The notes beneath the pieces were generated by a model, which was not told the DNA's origin, did not search any database, and saw nothing but the letters and a program-made list of their open reading frames with translations. Shown here one piece after another: positions 31,002 to 40,074 of a stretch of DNA of 64,000 bases (position 1 is its first letter; every line of letters begins with the position of its first letter). This DNA is from Trypanosoma brucei (taxonomy: Eukaryota). The stretch is taken from positions 1,536,001 to 1,600,000 of the forward strand of contig CP000066.1 of NCBI GenBank assembly GCA_000002445.1. Reading direction: 5' to 3'. Position numbers and translations under genes: made by a program.

Positions 31002-32423
31002 ATGCGCTCGCTCATAGCCATGAGGCGTCGTTTCGTTAGCGGCACATGGACAATTGCTGTTAGTACCCAGCAGCGTCACCGCAGTGGGAGCGGGCCAGGA
31101 GACAAGCGCATTCGCACAGACTGGTATCGGTGTTACCCGTCTCTTATGCGTGAAAAGGATCGAGACATGTATCATTGCTACTATCCGTATCTTTTTGATC
31201 ACGGGGACAAAATGAGTTTGTACCCCAAAATACCTGAAAACCCGCGTGAGTGGCAACCAGAGCAGCTGCAGACAACGTATGATGCAATTAGGGAGGACAA
31301 ATATGATGCATTTATTCGTCTTCGAGAGAAGTTCCCTGAATTGTATCAGGACACACGAGCATGGGACAACCCTCCACCGTTTGGTGAGTTTAACATGTTC
31401 TACTCTGTGCGTTTTGGTATGGTTGGCGTGAAGGCCTTCACATGCAAAGACTATGATGAGTTAGGGAATCAATTTGACTGTACTGCTTTCTGGTTTCCTG
31501 ATAATCAAGTCGTGAAGCACAGTACTCGCAATGGAGAGGTTGGCACTGACAAAGTTTATGTGGGTGCAATGAATGTCCCTGTGGAGTTCCATAAACCGCA
31601 TGTGGCTGCCTTCTATAAGGCAGCAGGTGTACCGGTAAAACATGTATGCGCTGGTTTCCCCATAACCCCAGACGCCTACGCTCCCGTCGGGACGAAGTTG
31701 GATGTCCGGCATTTTAAACCTGGACAGGAGGTAACCATTACATTTCAAAACACTGACTATGGCTTCCGTGGTGTTATGTTCCGTCATGGTTTTGACGGAG
31801 GTTATGTGTGGCTTGGAGACTCCAGATGGCAGCGTCGCCCCGGAGCCATGGGTACGGAAGGGCAGAAGCGCATTTACCCCGGACACCGCATGGCAGGGCA
31901 AACTGGTGCAGCTGCTGAAACTTACCAGGGTGTTCCTGTATGGCGCATCGATTACAAAAACTCTCTTATTTATCTGCCAACGTTACTGGATGCAGATGTT
32001 GGCACGTACGTAAGATTTAGCGATACTATTAATACGAAGGGACTTACACTGTGGAATGAGCACCGTGGTCTCCCAGCGTTCCCAACCTTTATTCCTCCAG
32101 AGGATGAAGATTTATCCAAGTTGGCAACAGATGAATGTCAACTAAAGAGTCCGCCACTTTATATGTACTTCCGTGATGAATTCCCGGCAACACAGTTAGT
32201 ATCGCAGGCAGATGTGGAGGATGCAAAGAGCGCCAAACCGGCTACCGCTCCTCCAAAGAAAAAAGTGTACGACATGAAGAAGTACTACGAGGCGCGGAAA
32301 AAGTATCGACAAAGCATGCAAAAAGCGCGGAAGTATAAGTTAATGGGGCTCCGGACGAAGGCACACGAAAAGCAAGAGGAGGCACGCCGTGCGAAAATAC
32401 TGAAGTACAAACGTATGAAGTAG
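31002..32423 (+). CDS. Mitochondrial ribosomal protein uL3m (bacterial-type L3 with long kinetoplastid extensions).
   Basis: The segment 'FRGVMFRHGFDGGYVWLGDSRWQRRPGAMGTEGQKRIYPGHRMAGQTGAAAETYQGVPVWRID' matches the uL3 core 'GKGFQGVMKRHGFxGGPASHGSxxHRxPGSIGxxxTPGRVFKGKKMAGHMGxxxVTVQNLEVVxVD'. The N-terminus is presequence-like ('MRSLIAMRRRFVSGTW') and the C-terminus is Lys-rich. Confidence 0.6.
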   Translation: MRSLIAMRRRFVSGTWTIAVSTQQRHRSGSGPGDKRIRTDWYRCYPSLMREKDRDMYHCYYPYLFDHGDKMSLYPKIPENPREWQPEQLQTTYDAIREDKYDAFIRLREKFPELYQDTRAWDNPPPFGEFNMFYSVRFGMVGVKAFTCKDYDELGNQFDCTAFWFPDNQVVKHSTRNGEVGTDKVYVGAMNVPVEFHKPHVAAFYKAAGVPVKHVCAGFPITPDAYAPVGTKLDVRHFKPGQEVTITFQNTDYGFRGVMFRHGFDGGYVWLGDSRWQRRPGAMGTEGQKRIYPGHRMAGQTGAAAETYQGVPVWRIDYKNSLIYLPTLLDADVGTYVRFSDTINTKGLTLWNEHRGLPAFPTFIPPEDEDLSKLATDECQLKSPPLYMYFRDEFPATQLVSQADVEDAKSAKPATAPPKKKVYDMKKYYEARKKYRQSMQKARKYKLMGLRTKAHEKQEEARRAKILKYKRMK

Positions 32424-32734
32424 CTCCTCTTCATCACAGTTCTATCTCCGTCTTTGTGGTGTAGGTCCTTTTTAGAAGTGATACGTCACTTCTAAAAGAG
32501 AGAAAAAAAAAAGAAAAATGTCATTTTTTTGTCCATTAGTGCAACCACCTAATCCTTATGCTAATTTCTTTTGAATGTGCTGCACCATTGTTACATGGTA
32601 CATCCCAATCCTTTTTCCCCTTGTTGTCCTCCCCTCCTTATCGGATCTCACTGCCGTTCATAGAGTATTGTTGTTTTGTTGGCTTAACCAAATAAGGTGC
32701 AGTAAGTGGGGGGTAAATATCAAAAAAAAAAAAA

Positions 32735-35700
32735 ATGTCGCGTGTTACCCTTTCCGCATCTCGCATGGAGAAAATAGTTAACGCATGGAGGAAAGTCCCT
32801 GATGCAGCGGAAGGTTGTTCAGTTATGTGTTGTGTATTTGGTGCGCTTACGCCTGAGACACTTGAAAACCAACGTGGGCAGGCAATGCTGCAATACCTTT
32901 TTACGTCGCTGAATACTGTGTGCAACGCTGCCTTGTTCTTTTCCTTTGATAAGCTACTGGTTGTACATTCCAACCTCAATGTTGAGCTGCCGCCCTCATC
33001 AGAGAGCTTTACCTACGCTTCTGCAACGTTGGACGAGAAGTTTGGTGAGATTCTCGCAGCATTTGTTGCTGATGCAAAAGTTGGAGTGTGTCAGAAGGAG
33101 TTGAACATACAAGAGGGTGATTTTGCACCAAAGCTAATTTCAGTCGTTCGAGAAATTGTTCCCGCTGAGCGTACGGTTGAAGTTGGACCCCTTCTGGGTG
33201 AGTTCCTTTTTGTGAAGGACGAGGCAGCACTTTCCTGTGTGGAGAAAGCGGCAGGACTTTGTAACGCTATATTCCGCCGCTCCGCCCGCGGGATGATTGA
33301 GTCGGAAATGCAAAAGAGTAATCCTAAAACGCTGAGCGCCTTGCGGGAGCAGTTAACGAAAACCCTCGAGGCACCAAACACCGTCATGGGTTTGGAAACA
33401 CTTGATGTCTCTCAGTTCTCAATTGCGTCCGGTTTGACACCATGTATTATGCACCGTGGGACTTATAACCCTCAAATTAGTGTCACAGAGGTGAGTACCC
33501 AACCGCTGCGGAGTGATGTCATCGTCGTCCGATACGGATTGAAGAATTGCGGCTACACCGCTTTCATCGCCCGTACGCTCATCGCGGAACGAAATGCCCC
33601 AAGCAACGTGAAGGACGTCTACAAGTTTGTGTACAACGTAACCGAAAAACTGTTAGAGCACCTTCGTGTGGGGACGCGTCTCAGTGCCGTGCATGAAGAA
33701 GTAATGAAGTATGCAACCACTACAGACGAAGCTCTTGCAAAGCACCTTCCCAAGTCTTTGGGTTTCTCGACTGGATTGTTGGTGCTTGAGGCACGCGGGA
33801 CAATATCTCAGAAAGGAACTGCAACAGTTGAAGACGGAATGGCTTTTGTAACTCGGGTTACTCTCGAAGGGGTGCCGGATGGTGAAGGCGGTACATTCGA
33901 CGTGGAGCTGTCCGACACAGTCACAGTAAAAGGTGGCGCTGCACAACTTAACACCAAAACATCACGTAAGCTTGAGGAAGTCCTCTACGATGACAGTGCA
34001 GAAGAGGAAACTGCATTCGAAACAAGTGCGCGGGACTTAAATAAGATAACACGGCAAGGACAGAGTAGCGTTCCACTACTCTCGCGGGAATCGGCACGAG
34101 AGGAAAAACTCAAGACGCTTTTAAGGGAACTACATGCGGAGTTGGCCGCTGCTGGTGGGAAAAAAGCCAAAACTGCCGTCTCAGAAGAGTTTCGTACGTA
34201 CGAAATTGCACGTCTTTCCTACGGCGACGTCATTCCTTACGCGAATGAAACCTCGTTCCCGGATGTGGCGCGTGGTGGTGGCATTTATGTAGACACGGAA
34301 AAGGAGGTGGCGTTCTTTCCCGTATGCGGGGGTGTGGCGGCGTTTCATGTCTCGACCATAAGTCGAGTTGACGTGAAGTTTGAAGGGAACCAAGTGGCGG
34401 GTATTTTCTCATTTCATTCGCTTCAGGAAGGAAATATCGCCTACCGTTTGAACCGCACTAAAATATTCGTCAAAGAGCTGACGTACCGTGCGCGCCGTGA
34501 CATCTTCACCGATGTGAAGATTGCCATTCAGGGTATTCAGCAACGCATCAAAAATAGAGATACGGAGCGACGCCGTGTTTCATTGAATGCTGGAGGTGCT
34601 CAGCTGCAAACAGTTCCTGATGCGATTCGGCTTCCACAGGTAAAGATTCGACCCCCAGCGACAACAGGACGTTATAACAAAGAATGCATTGGAAACTTGG
34701 AGATTCATCGGAATGGATTGCGCTTTTCATATATTGGTGGGGCACCAATTGACATGCATTTTGAAAACATCAAGCATGTTATATTCCAACCCGCTGTCAA
34801 TGCTGTTCGGGTTATTTACCACATCACCTTGAAGAAGGGTGTGGAGATTGCCCGGAAGAGTGTGGATGAGGTTCAGTTCGTTGCGGAGGTTATGGAAAGC
34901 AGCGAAACTGTTATGGCTGCGCGAAAAGGGTATGAAGAGGAAATTGCAGCGGAAGAGCGTGAACTTATGCGCATCAGTGACACAAACAAACAATTCCTGA
35001 AGTTTGCTCAGGCCGTTGAAAGGGTCAGCATGATCAAAACGCAAATACCTGCTAGCAATTTTTCCTTTGAAGGCGTTCATGCCAAGGGCTTAACAACATT
35101 CAAAGCCAATCGCGAAGTGTTATGGGCGATTATGGACCGGCCTCCGTTTACACAGCGTGTGGAGGATATCGAGGTTGTGTCGCTTGAGCGCGTTATACCT
35201 GGTGGATCCACTTTTGATGTGAACCTTATTTTCAAGGACTACAACAAACCGCCGGCGAGCATCACCACAATACCTCGTAGCAGCCTCGAGTCTCTAAAAG
35301 ACTGGTGTCTTGCAGCGCGACTTTACTACATGGAGACGAGCGTTAATCCAAACTGGAAGGTGGTACTGAAAACAATTATCGAAGACGAAGATTGGGATCC
35401 GTGGAGGCCAGGAGCCGGTTGGGCAGTACTCAATGATGATTTCGAGGGAGATGAAGAAGCCTCTGAAGACTCTGATTCAGATGATTCCACTTATGTTGAA
35501 GAAGAAGATGAAACCGATGAGACGGGGAGTTCCTTTCTTGACGATGAGGAGAGTGAACCCGAGTCCAGTGACGAAGAGGACAGTGAAAGTGTGTTGAGTT
35601 GGGACGAAATGGAGCGTCGTGCGGAGCAGCATGACCGGCAGCGCGGATACGGCTCTGATGATGATGATCGGCCTCGCAAGAGACCCCGCACGTCTTCAGG

Positions 35701-35803
35701 CGCTTCCAGCAACCGAAGGCCGCATCCGCCTCCACAACTCCCAAAAAAGCAGAGTCGGTTGCCTCCTATGGGATCAGCAGTGCCGCCACCGCGCCGGTTT
35801 TAG
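32735..35803 (+). CDS. SPT16: FACT complex subunit SPT16.
   Basis: The protein is 1022 aa. Middle-domain matches to remembered SPT16: 'FHVSTISRVDVKFEGN' versus 'FHISTIKN', and 'IDMHFENIKHVIFQPAVNAVRVIYHITLKKGVEIARKSVDEVQFVAEVMESSETV' versus '[55 protein letters not shown]'. The C-terminal tail is strongly acidic ('EGDEEASEDSDSDDSTYVEEEDETDETGSSFLDDEESEPESSDEEDSE'). Confidence 0.8.
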   Translation: MSRVTLSASRMEKIVNAWRKVPDAAEGCSVMCCVFGALTPETLENQRGQAMLQYLFTSLNTVCNAALFFSFDKLLVVHSNLNVELPPSSESFTYASATLDEKFGEILAAFVADAKVGVCQKELNIQEGDFAPKLISVVREIVPAERTVEVGPLLGEFLFVKDEAALSCVEKAAGLCNAIFRRSARGMIESEMQKSNPKTLSALREQLTKTLEAPNTVMGLETLDVSQFSIASGLTPCIMHRGTYNPQISVTEVSTQPLRSDVIVVRYGLKNCGYTAFIARTLIAERNAPSNVKDVYKFVYNVTEKLLEHLRVGTRLSAVHEEVMKYATTTDEALAKHLPKSLGFSTGLLVLEARGTISQKGTATVEDGMAFVTRVTLEGVPDGEGGTFDVELSDTVTVKGGAAQLNTKTSRKLEEVLYDDSAEEETAFETSARDLNKITRQGQSSVPLLSRESAREEKLKTLLRELHAELAAAGGKKAKTAVSEEFRTYEIARLSYGDVIPYANETSFPDVARGGGIYVDTEKEVAFFPVCGGVAAFHVSTISRVDVKFEGNQVAGIFSFHSLQEGNIAYRLNRTKIFVKELTYRARRDIFTDVKIAIQGIQQRIKNRDTERRRVSLNAGGAQLQTVPDAIRLPQVKIRPPATTGRYNKECIGNLEIHRNGLRFSYIGGAPIDMHFENIKHVIFQPAVNAVRVIYHITLKKGVEIARKSVDEVQFVAEVMESSETVMAARKGYEEEIAAEERELMRISDTNKQFLKFAQAVERVSMIKTQIPASNFSFEGVHAKGLTTFKANREVLWAIMDRPPFTQRVEDIEVVSLERVIPGGSTFDVNLIFKDYNKPPASITTIPRSSLESLKDWCLAARLYYMETSVNPNWKVVLKTIIEDEDWDPWRPGAGWAVLNDDFEGDEEASEDSDSDDSTYVEEEDETDETGSSFLDDEESEPESSDEEDSESVLSWDEMERRAEQHDRQRGYGSDDDDRPRKRPRTSSGASSNRRPHPPPQLPKKQSRLPPMGSAVPPPRRF

Positions 35804-36762
35804 TTAGGGTAGAGATGAAGAGGGAAATATAGAAACAATTAAACGGGCAAGAACGAGGGGGACGAAAGCGTTTTTTTTTTGTCTTGTTAACATTACAAGA
35901 GAGAATGAAGAATGTGGTAAGTAATAGCGTTTGTGACAATCGAAACGGAAGCGGAAAGTGAAATTGAAGAGGAAATGTTCCTTTTTATCACGCCATTTCT
36001 TTCACACCTGTTGCTTGCCCTTTCGTACATCATAGAGTAAGAAACCGCTGAGGGAGCTGCCAAATGCGGTGCCTCGAAGGGGCACTTCTTTTTTTTTAAT
36101 TTTTGTCAGCTTCTCAGCTTCTTTCCGTTTTGTGGACGAACACTTCTCCTGCTGCGACACTTGTTCGGCAGCTGAAGCATCAAACGTTTTGTTTTTCTTT
36201 ATTGAGCCTTTCTCCTTTTAAACTTACTCCGGGACACTGGCACACATTTCGATTATATTTTTGCGCTTTTCTTGTGAGTACTCTCGTCCTTTTCCTTTCT
36301 TCACCTCATTCCTGTTGCGGCGGCGCATGGAGAAGCTCTTCTTTTTTCTTTTGTGGGAGCTAACAAAGTGATGGAAAGAACCTTCTCGAATTTCGAACGG
36401 AAATTGATCGGGAAAGCGTTTGGCAAAGGCAGGAAAATTGCGTTGAGGTGGTTCTATTATCACTACAATTCAATCGCCCACTTTTTTTTACCTCTTTTAA
36501 TTGGTGCGATGTGGTTATGCGCTTTCCGCTGCCACGCAAATGATGGTGTTCAACACGTCTTTGATGCAACAGAGGGGGGAAACTCCTTCTTTTTTAAACT
36601 TTTTTTTTAAAAAAAAGTTTAAACAAATTATTTTTTTTTTCGCACTTCTGGAGTGTGGTGGAGTCCGTGATGGTTTGTTTTATTTTCCTTTATTATTATT
36701 AATAATATTATTTTCTTTTTCCTTATAATATTTTACTTTCCGTAAAAGTTGTAGCGAACATA

Positions 36763-37698
36763 ATGGCTGCAACACCTTACAGGTTTCGGTTGTCTTCACA
36801 GTGCAGCCACATAAGGCGTCATGTGTGTAGACGGTTGATTACACCACAGTTATCTGTGAGGACATGTGCTACGGGAACGGAATCATCAAACGGTGCTCGT
36901 TTAATCGAGGTGATGGAATCTCCAATTGAGAATATTAAAATTCTTTCCATGAACAACGCTCCAGCGAATGTTCTATCGTCAGCCATGATAAAGGAGATGC
37001 TTAGTTCGATCAGTGAAGTATGCAACCCAGAGAAAGGATGCTGCAAGGGTATCGTGTTAACATCGTCTCTCCCTAATGTGTTTTGTAATGGACTTGATCT
37101 TCAATTATTGATCGATAAATTGCCTTACGATTCTTTTTCATCCTACTGGAAGCAACTTCAGATGCTTTACATCACTCTCAACACGCTTCCGGTTCCTGTC
37201 GTTGCAGCTATAAACGGAGATGCTACGGGTTTTGGATGTATTATGGCTCTGTCTACTGATTATAGAGTTATGGCCGAGAAAGCAGAAGAGGGGGGAGGCA
37301 AACAATTAAAAATTGGTGTTGATACGGTTCGATGTGGATTGGCAGTTCCACCTTGCTTTGGTGCGGTTGTGGCTCACACGGTTGGATATCGTGCATGTGA
37401 AATGTTTCTTCAGCGTGGTGTGATTCTTTGTGCTGCTGAGGCTGAAAATGCGGGTCTTGTAGATGAAACGGTGGAAAGGGCTGATGAGGTTCTTGTGCGT
37501 GCTTTGGATATGGCAGAAAACCTGTCCGGAGGACCCCCGTGGTCTTTTTGGTTGGTAAAAGACGCTTCACGCAAGGCGTTTATGGCCCCCCTTTGTACGC
37601 AAGCCCTTCGTGATGCCGATTGTGCAAACTTTTACGAGTTTATCAGCAACACGGAGGTGCGACGTGATATGAGAGCGTACATTGCAGGTAGTGCGTAG
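36763..37698 (+). CDS. Enoyl-CoA hydratase/isomerase (crotonase) family protein, probably mitochondrial.
   Basis: The crotonase-fold signature is present: 'GIVLTSSLPNVFCNGLDLQLL...LPVPVVAAINGDATGFGCIMALSTDYRVMAE'. The N-terminus is presequence-like ('MAATPYRFRLSSQCSHIRRHVCRRL'). The protein is 311 aa. Confidence 0.6.
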   Translation: MAATPYRFRLSSQCSHIRRHVCRRLITPQLSVRTCATGTESSNGARLIEVMESPIENIKILSMNNAPANVLSSAMIKEMLSSISEVCNPEKGCCKGIVLTSSLPNVFCNGLDLQLLIDKLPYDSFSSYWKQLQMLYITLNTLPVPVVAAINGDATGFGCIMALSTDYRVMAEKAEEGGGKQLKIGVDTVRCGLAVPPCFGAVVAHTVGYRACEMFLQRGVILCAAEAENAGLVDETVERADEVLVRALDMAENLSGGPPWSFWLVKDASRKAFMAPLCTQALRDADCANFYEFISNTEVRRDMRAYIAGSA

Positions 37699-37749
37699 CG
37701 GTTGTTTTTCTTTTGTACGTGGTTAACCACAACCTACTTGTCTCACATG

Positions 37750-37752
<3 letters not shown>

Positions 37753-37782
<30 letters not shown>
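37753..37782. repeat. (AT)15 microsatellite.
   Basis: The sequence is 'atatatatatatatatatatatatatatat', between the crotonase-family and NF-X1 genes. Confidence 0.95.
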
Positions 37783-37785
<3 letters not shown>

Positions 37786-37985
37786 TATTTAATTATGTAT
37801 GATCTCTTATTTTCATATGTTGTGTGCCATGAAAAATACATTATTTTCCTTTTCTCACGCAAGTTTAAGCAGTTTCCCTTCTTTGCTTCGTTTCTTCGTC
37901 CCTTTCGTTTGCACCCCATGCGAACAACACAAGCCTGTAGACATCTACCGCATACGCGTTAACCATTTGTTCGACACGGCAAATA

Positions 37986-39623
37986 ATGGTGGAAATCACT
38001 GAACTCGCAAAAGACATCTCCGAGAGGTTACGAAATGGGTCTTACGAGTGCGTTATTTGCTCCAACGCGGTTTATCTACGAGATAAACTTTGGTCGTGTA
38101 CTGTCTGCTACGGTGTTGTGCACATGCCGTGCGTAAGATCTTGGGTAAAGGTTCAGGTTGAGGAGCGGGAGAAGCGTGATGCCACTGCTGGTGGTTCCTC
38201 CGCTTCTTCTATTTCCCTCAATGAGTTTCGCTGCCCTATCTGCCAAGCTCTAACACCTGTTTCGGCCGTAGCGGAGTTTAGTTGTTTCTGTGGAAAGGTG
38301 TGTAACCCAACTCCGGATCCCTTACTTGTCCCTGGTTCATGTGGCGACACATGTGGACGCCGTCGTAAGGACGAGTTGTGTCCCCACGCCTGCACGCTTA
38401 TGTGTCATCCAGGTCCTTGTACTCCATGTCAACTGACACGTACACAATCATGTTTCTGTGGAAAGACGAGCAAAACTGTGGGGTGCTCTAGTGGAATTCA
38501 TGGCTTTGAGTGTGAAGGTATTTGTGGGAAACTGCGTGAGTGTGGAAAGCATAACTGTGGTGTCCCGTGTCATGAAGGGCCTTGTCCCGTGTGCACTATT
38601 CTTTCTACAGATTCGTGTTATTGTGGTGCTACGAAGCGAACTCAGCGCTGTGGCGAAAGCGGGCCGTTTCCATGTGGAACCCCGTGCTCAAAAATTCTTG
38701 ATTGTGGCAACCACCGATGTCTTTCCAAATGTCATAAGGACGCGTGTGAGCCCTGCTTTCGGACCCCTGAGCGTATGGTATTTTGTCCTTGTGGGAAGGT
38801 GCGACTGCAGCAACTGTTGAATTCGCCCAGGAAATCGTGTTTGGATCCTATTCCCTCCTGCGGGTTGGTGTGTGAAGGTTTTTTACCATGCGGTCATACC
38901 TGCTCAGATGTGTGCCACGAAAGTCCCACATGTCCACCATGCACAAAATTAGTTTCGATGAAATGCGGTTGCGGATCGCAGAATTATCAAATCTACTGCT
39001 TTTTCACATATTTGCCACAGGGTGAATGGAAAGCCGCCGCTGAAAGGTCCGGTCTCAGTAAGGATAAAATTATTTCTCACTTTCCTCCGGTGTGCAAAAA
39101 ACCTTGTCGCAAGCATTTATCGTGTGGTAAACATACGTGCAAAGAGAACTGTTGCACCAATGAGGATCACACATGTTACAAAATCTGTACGAAACGCCTC
39201 TCTTGTGGAACGCACAGCTGCGGCCAATTATGCCATAAAGGTCTCTGTCTGCCATGTTCCGTGGCATCTTATGATCGTCTCTACTGCCGCTGCCGTCGAA
39301 CTTGGGTGGAGCCTCCGGTGCCATGTGGAACAAAACCTCCAAACTGCAGTCATGAATGCATCGTTCCCCGTCCTTGTGGGCATCCGGCCAACCACCCGTG
39401 TCATATTGAAAACGAATGTCCCGTTTGTGTTGTTCCCGTTGAGAAGAAGTGCGGCTCGCATGCCACAGTGATTCCATATTATTTACCCTGCTACAGAGAG
39501 TCGGTGTCATGTGGTAAGAAGTGTGGAAAGTTGATGAGCTGCTGTGGAAAACCGTGTGGGAAGATATGCCACATCGGGAAGTGCGAACATAAGTGTCAAA
39601 CACCATTTCCTGCACTTGAGTGA
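37986..39623 (+). CDS. NF-X1-type zinc-finger protein (NFX1/shuttle-craft family) with an N-terminal RING/PHD-like finger.
   Basis: The N-terminal finger is 'YECVICSNAVYLRDKLWSCTVCYGVVHMPCVRSW'. It is followed by at least 6 tandem NF-X1 fingers (C-x-H-x-C-x3-C-H/C...): 'CGKHNCGVPCHEGPCPVC', 'CGNHRCLSKCHKDACEPC', 'CGHTCSDVCHESPTCPPC', 'CGKHTCKENCC', 'CGTHSCGQLCHKGLCLPC', 'CGHPANHPCHIENECPVC'. Confidence 0.75.
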   Translation: MVEITELAKDISERLRNGSYECVICSNAVYLRDKLWSCTVCYGVVHMPCVRSWVKVQVEEREKRDATAGGSSASSISLNEFRCPICQALTPVSAVAEFSCFCGKVCNPTPDPLLVPGSCGDTCGRRRKDELCPHACTLMCHPGPCTPCQLTRTQSCFCGKTSKTVGCSSGIHGFECEGICGKLRECGKHNCGVPCHEGPCPVCTILSTDSCYCGATKRTQRCGESGPFPCGTPCSKILDCGNHRCLSKCHKDACEPCFRTPERMVFCPCGKVRLQQLLNSPRKSCLDPIPSCGLVCEGFLPCGHTCSDVCHESPTCPPCTKLVSMKCGCGSQNYQIYCFFTYLPQGEWKAAAERSGLSKDKIISHFPPVCKKPCRKHLSCGKHTCKENCCTNEDHTCYKICTKRLSCGTHSCGQLCHKGLCLPCSVASYDRLYCRCRRTWVEPPVPCGTKPPNCSHECIVPRPCGHPANHPCHIENECPVCVVPVEKKCGSHATVIPYYLPCYRESVSCGKKCGKLMSCCGKPCGKICHIGKCEHKCQTPFPALE

Positions 39624-40074
39624 ATATTAACTGACCGTGAAAACTGGAAAAACACGGCAGTGGTGCGGTTGACTGTCGGTGATGGAAGCTGCAGAAGAGA
39701 AATAATGTCTGTTTTTTTCGTTGTCATCTCACTGAAACATGAATGGGGGGAGAGAGCGGTCCCAACATTTATTTGGGTTTGGTAATGGCATGTCTCTTTT
39801 TTGTCGTAACTCAACGCTAACACGTTTCAGTTGGGGCCAAAATTTTTTGAACCGTGCCAAGGTACACTGGTGACCAGCTTCTCACATCTTCACATGTGGT
39901 CGCATTATTGCTGCCCATCTTTTGTAATCTCCTTACTTATCCACCCTAATACCCTTTGTCTCCTAAATCCACTTGTCACTACACACATTAAGGCTTGAGG
40001 TTAACAAAAAAAAAAGAAAATAAAGCATACCCCATCAGTCATTTACAAATATTTCAAGAGAAAAAAGAGCTTTG

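Noticed and set aside
29904-37698. A possible 'mitochondrial mini-cluster': a hypothetical protein with a presequence, uL3m, and a crotonase-family enzyme.
   Set aside because: Three nuclear-encoded mitochondrial proteins within 8 kb, interrupted by SPT16, is within chance expectation. Trypanosomatid gene order is not function-driven, and the presequence calls are weak.
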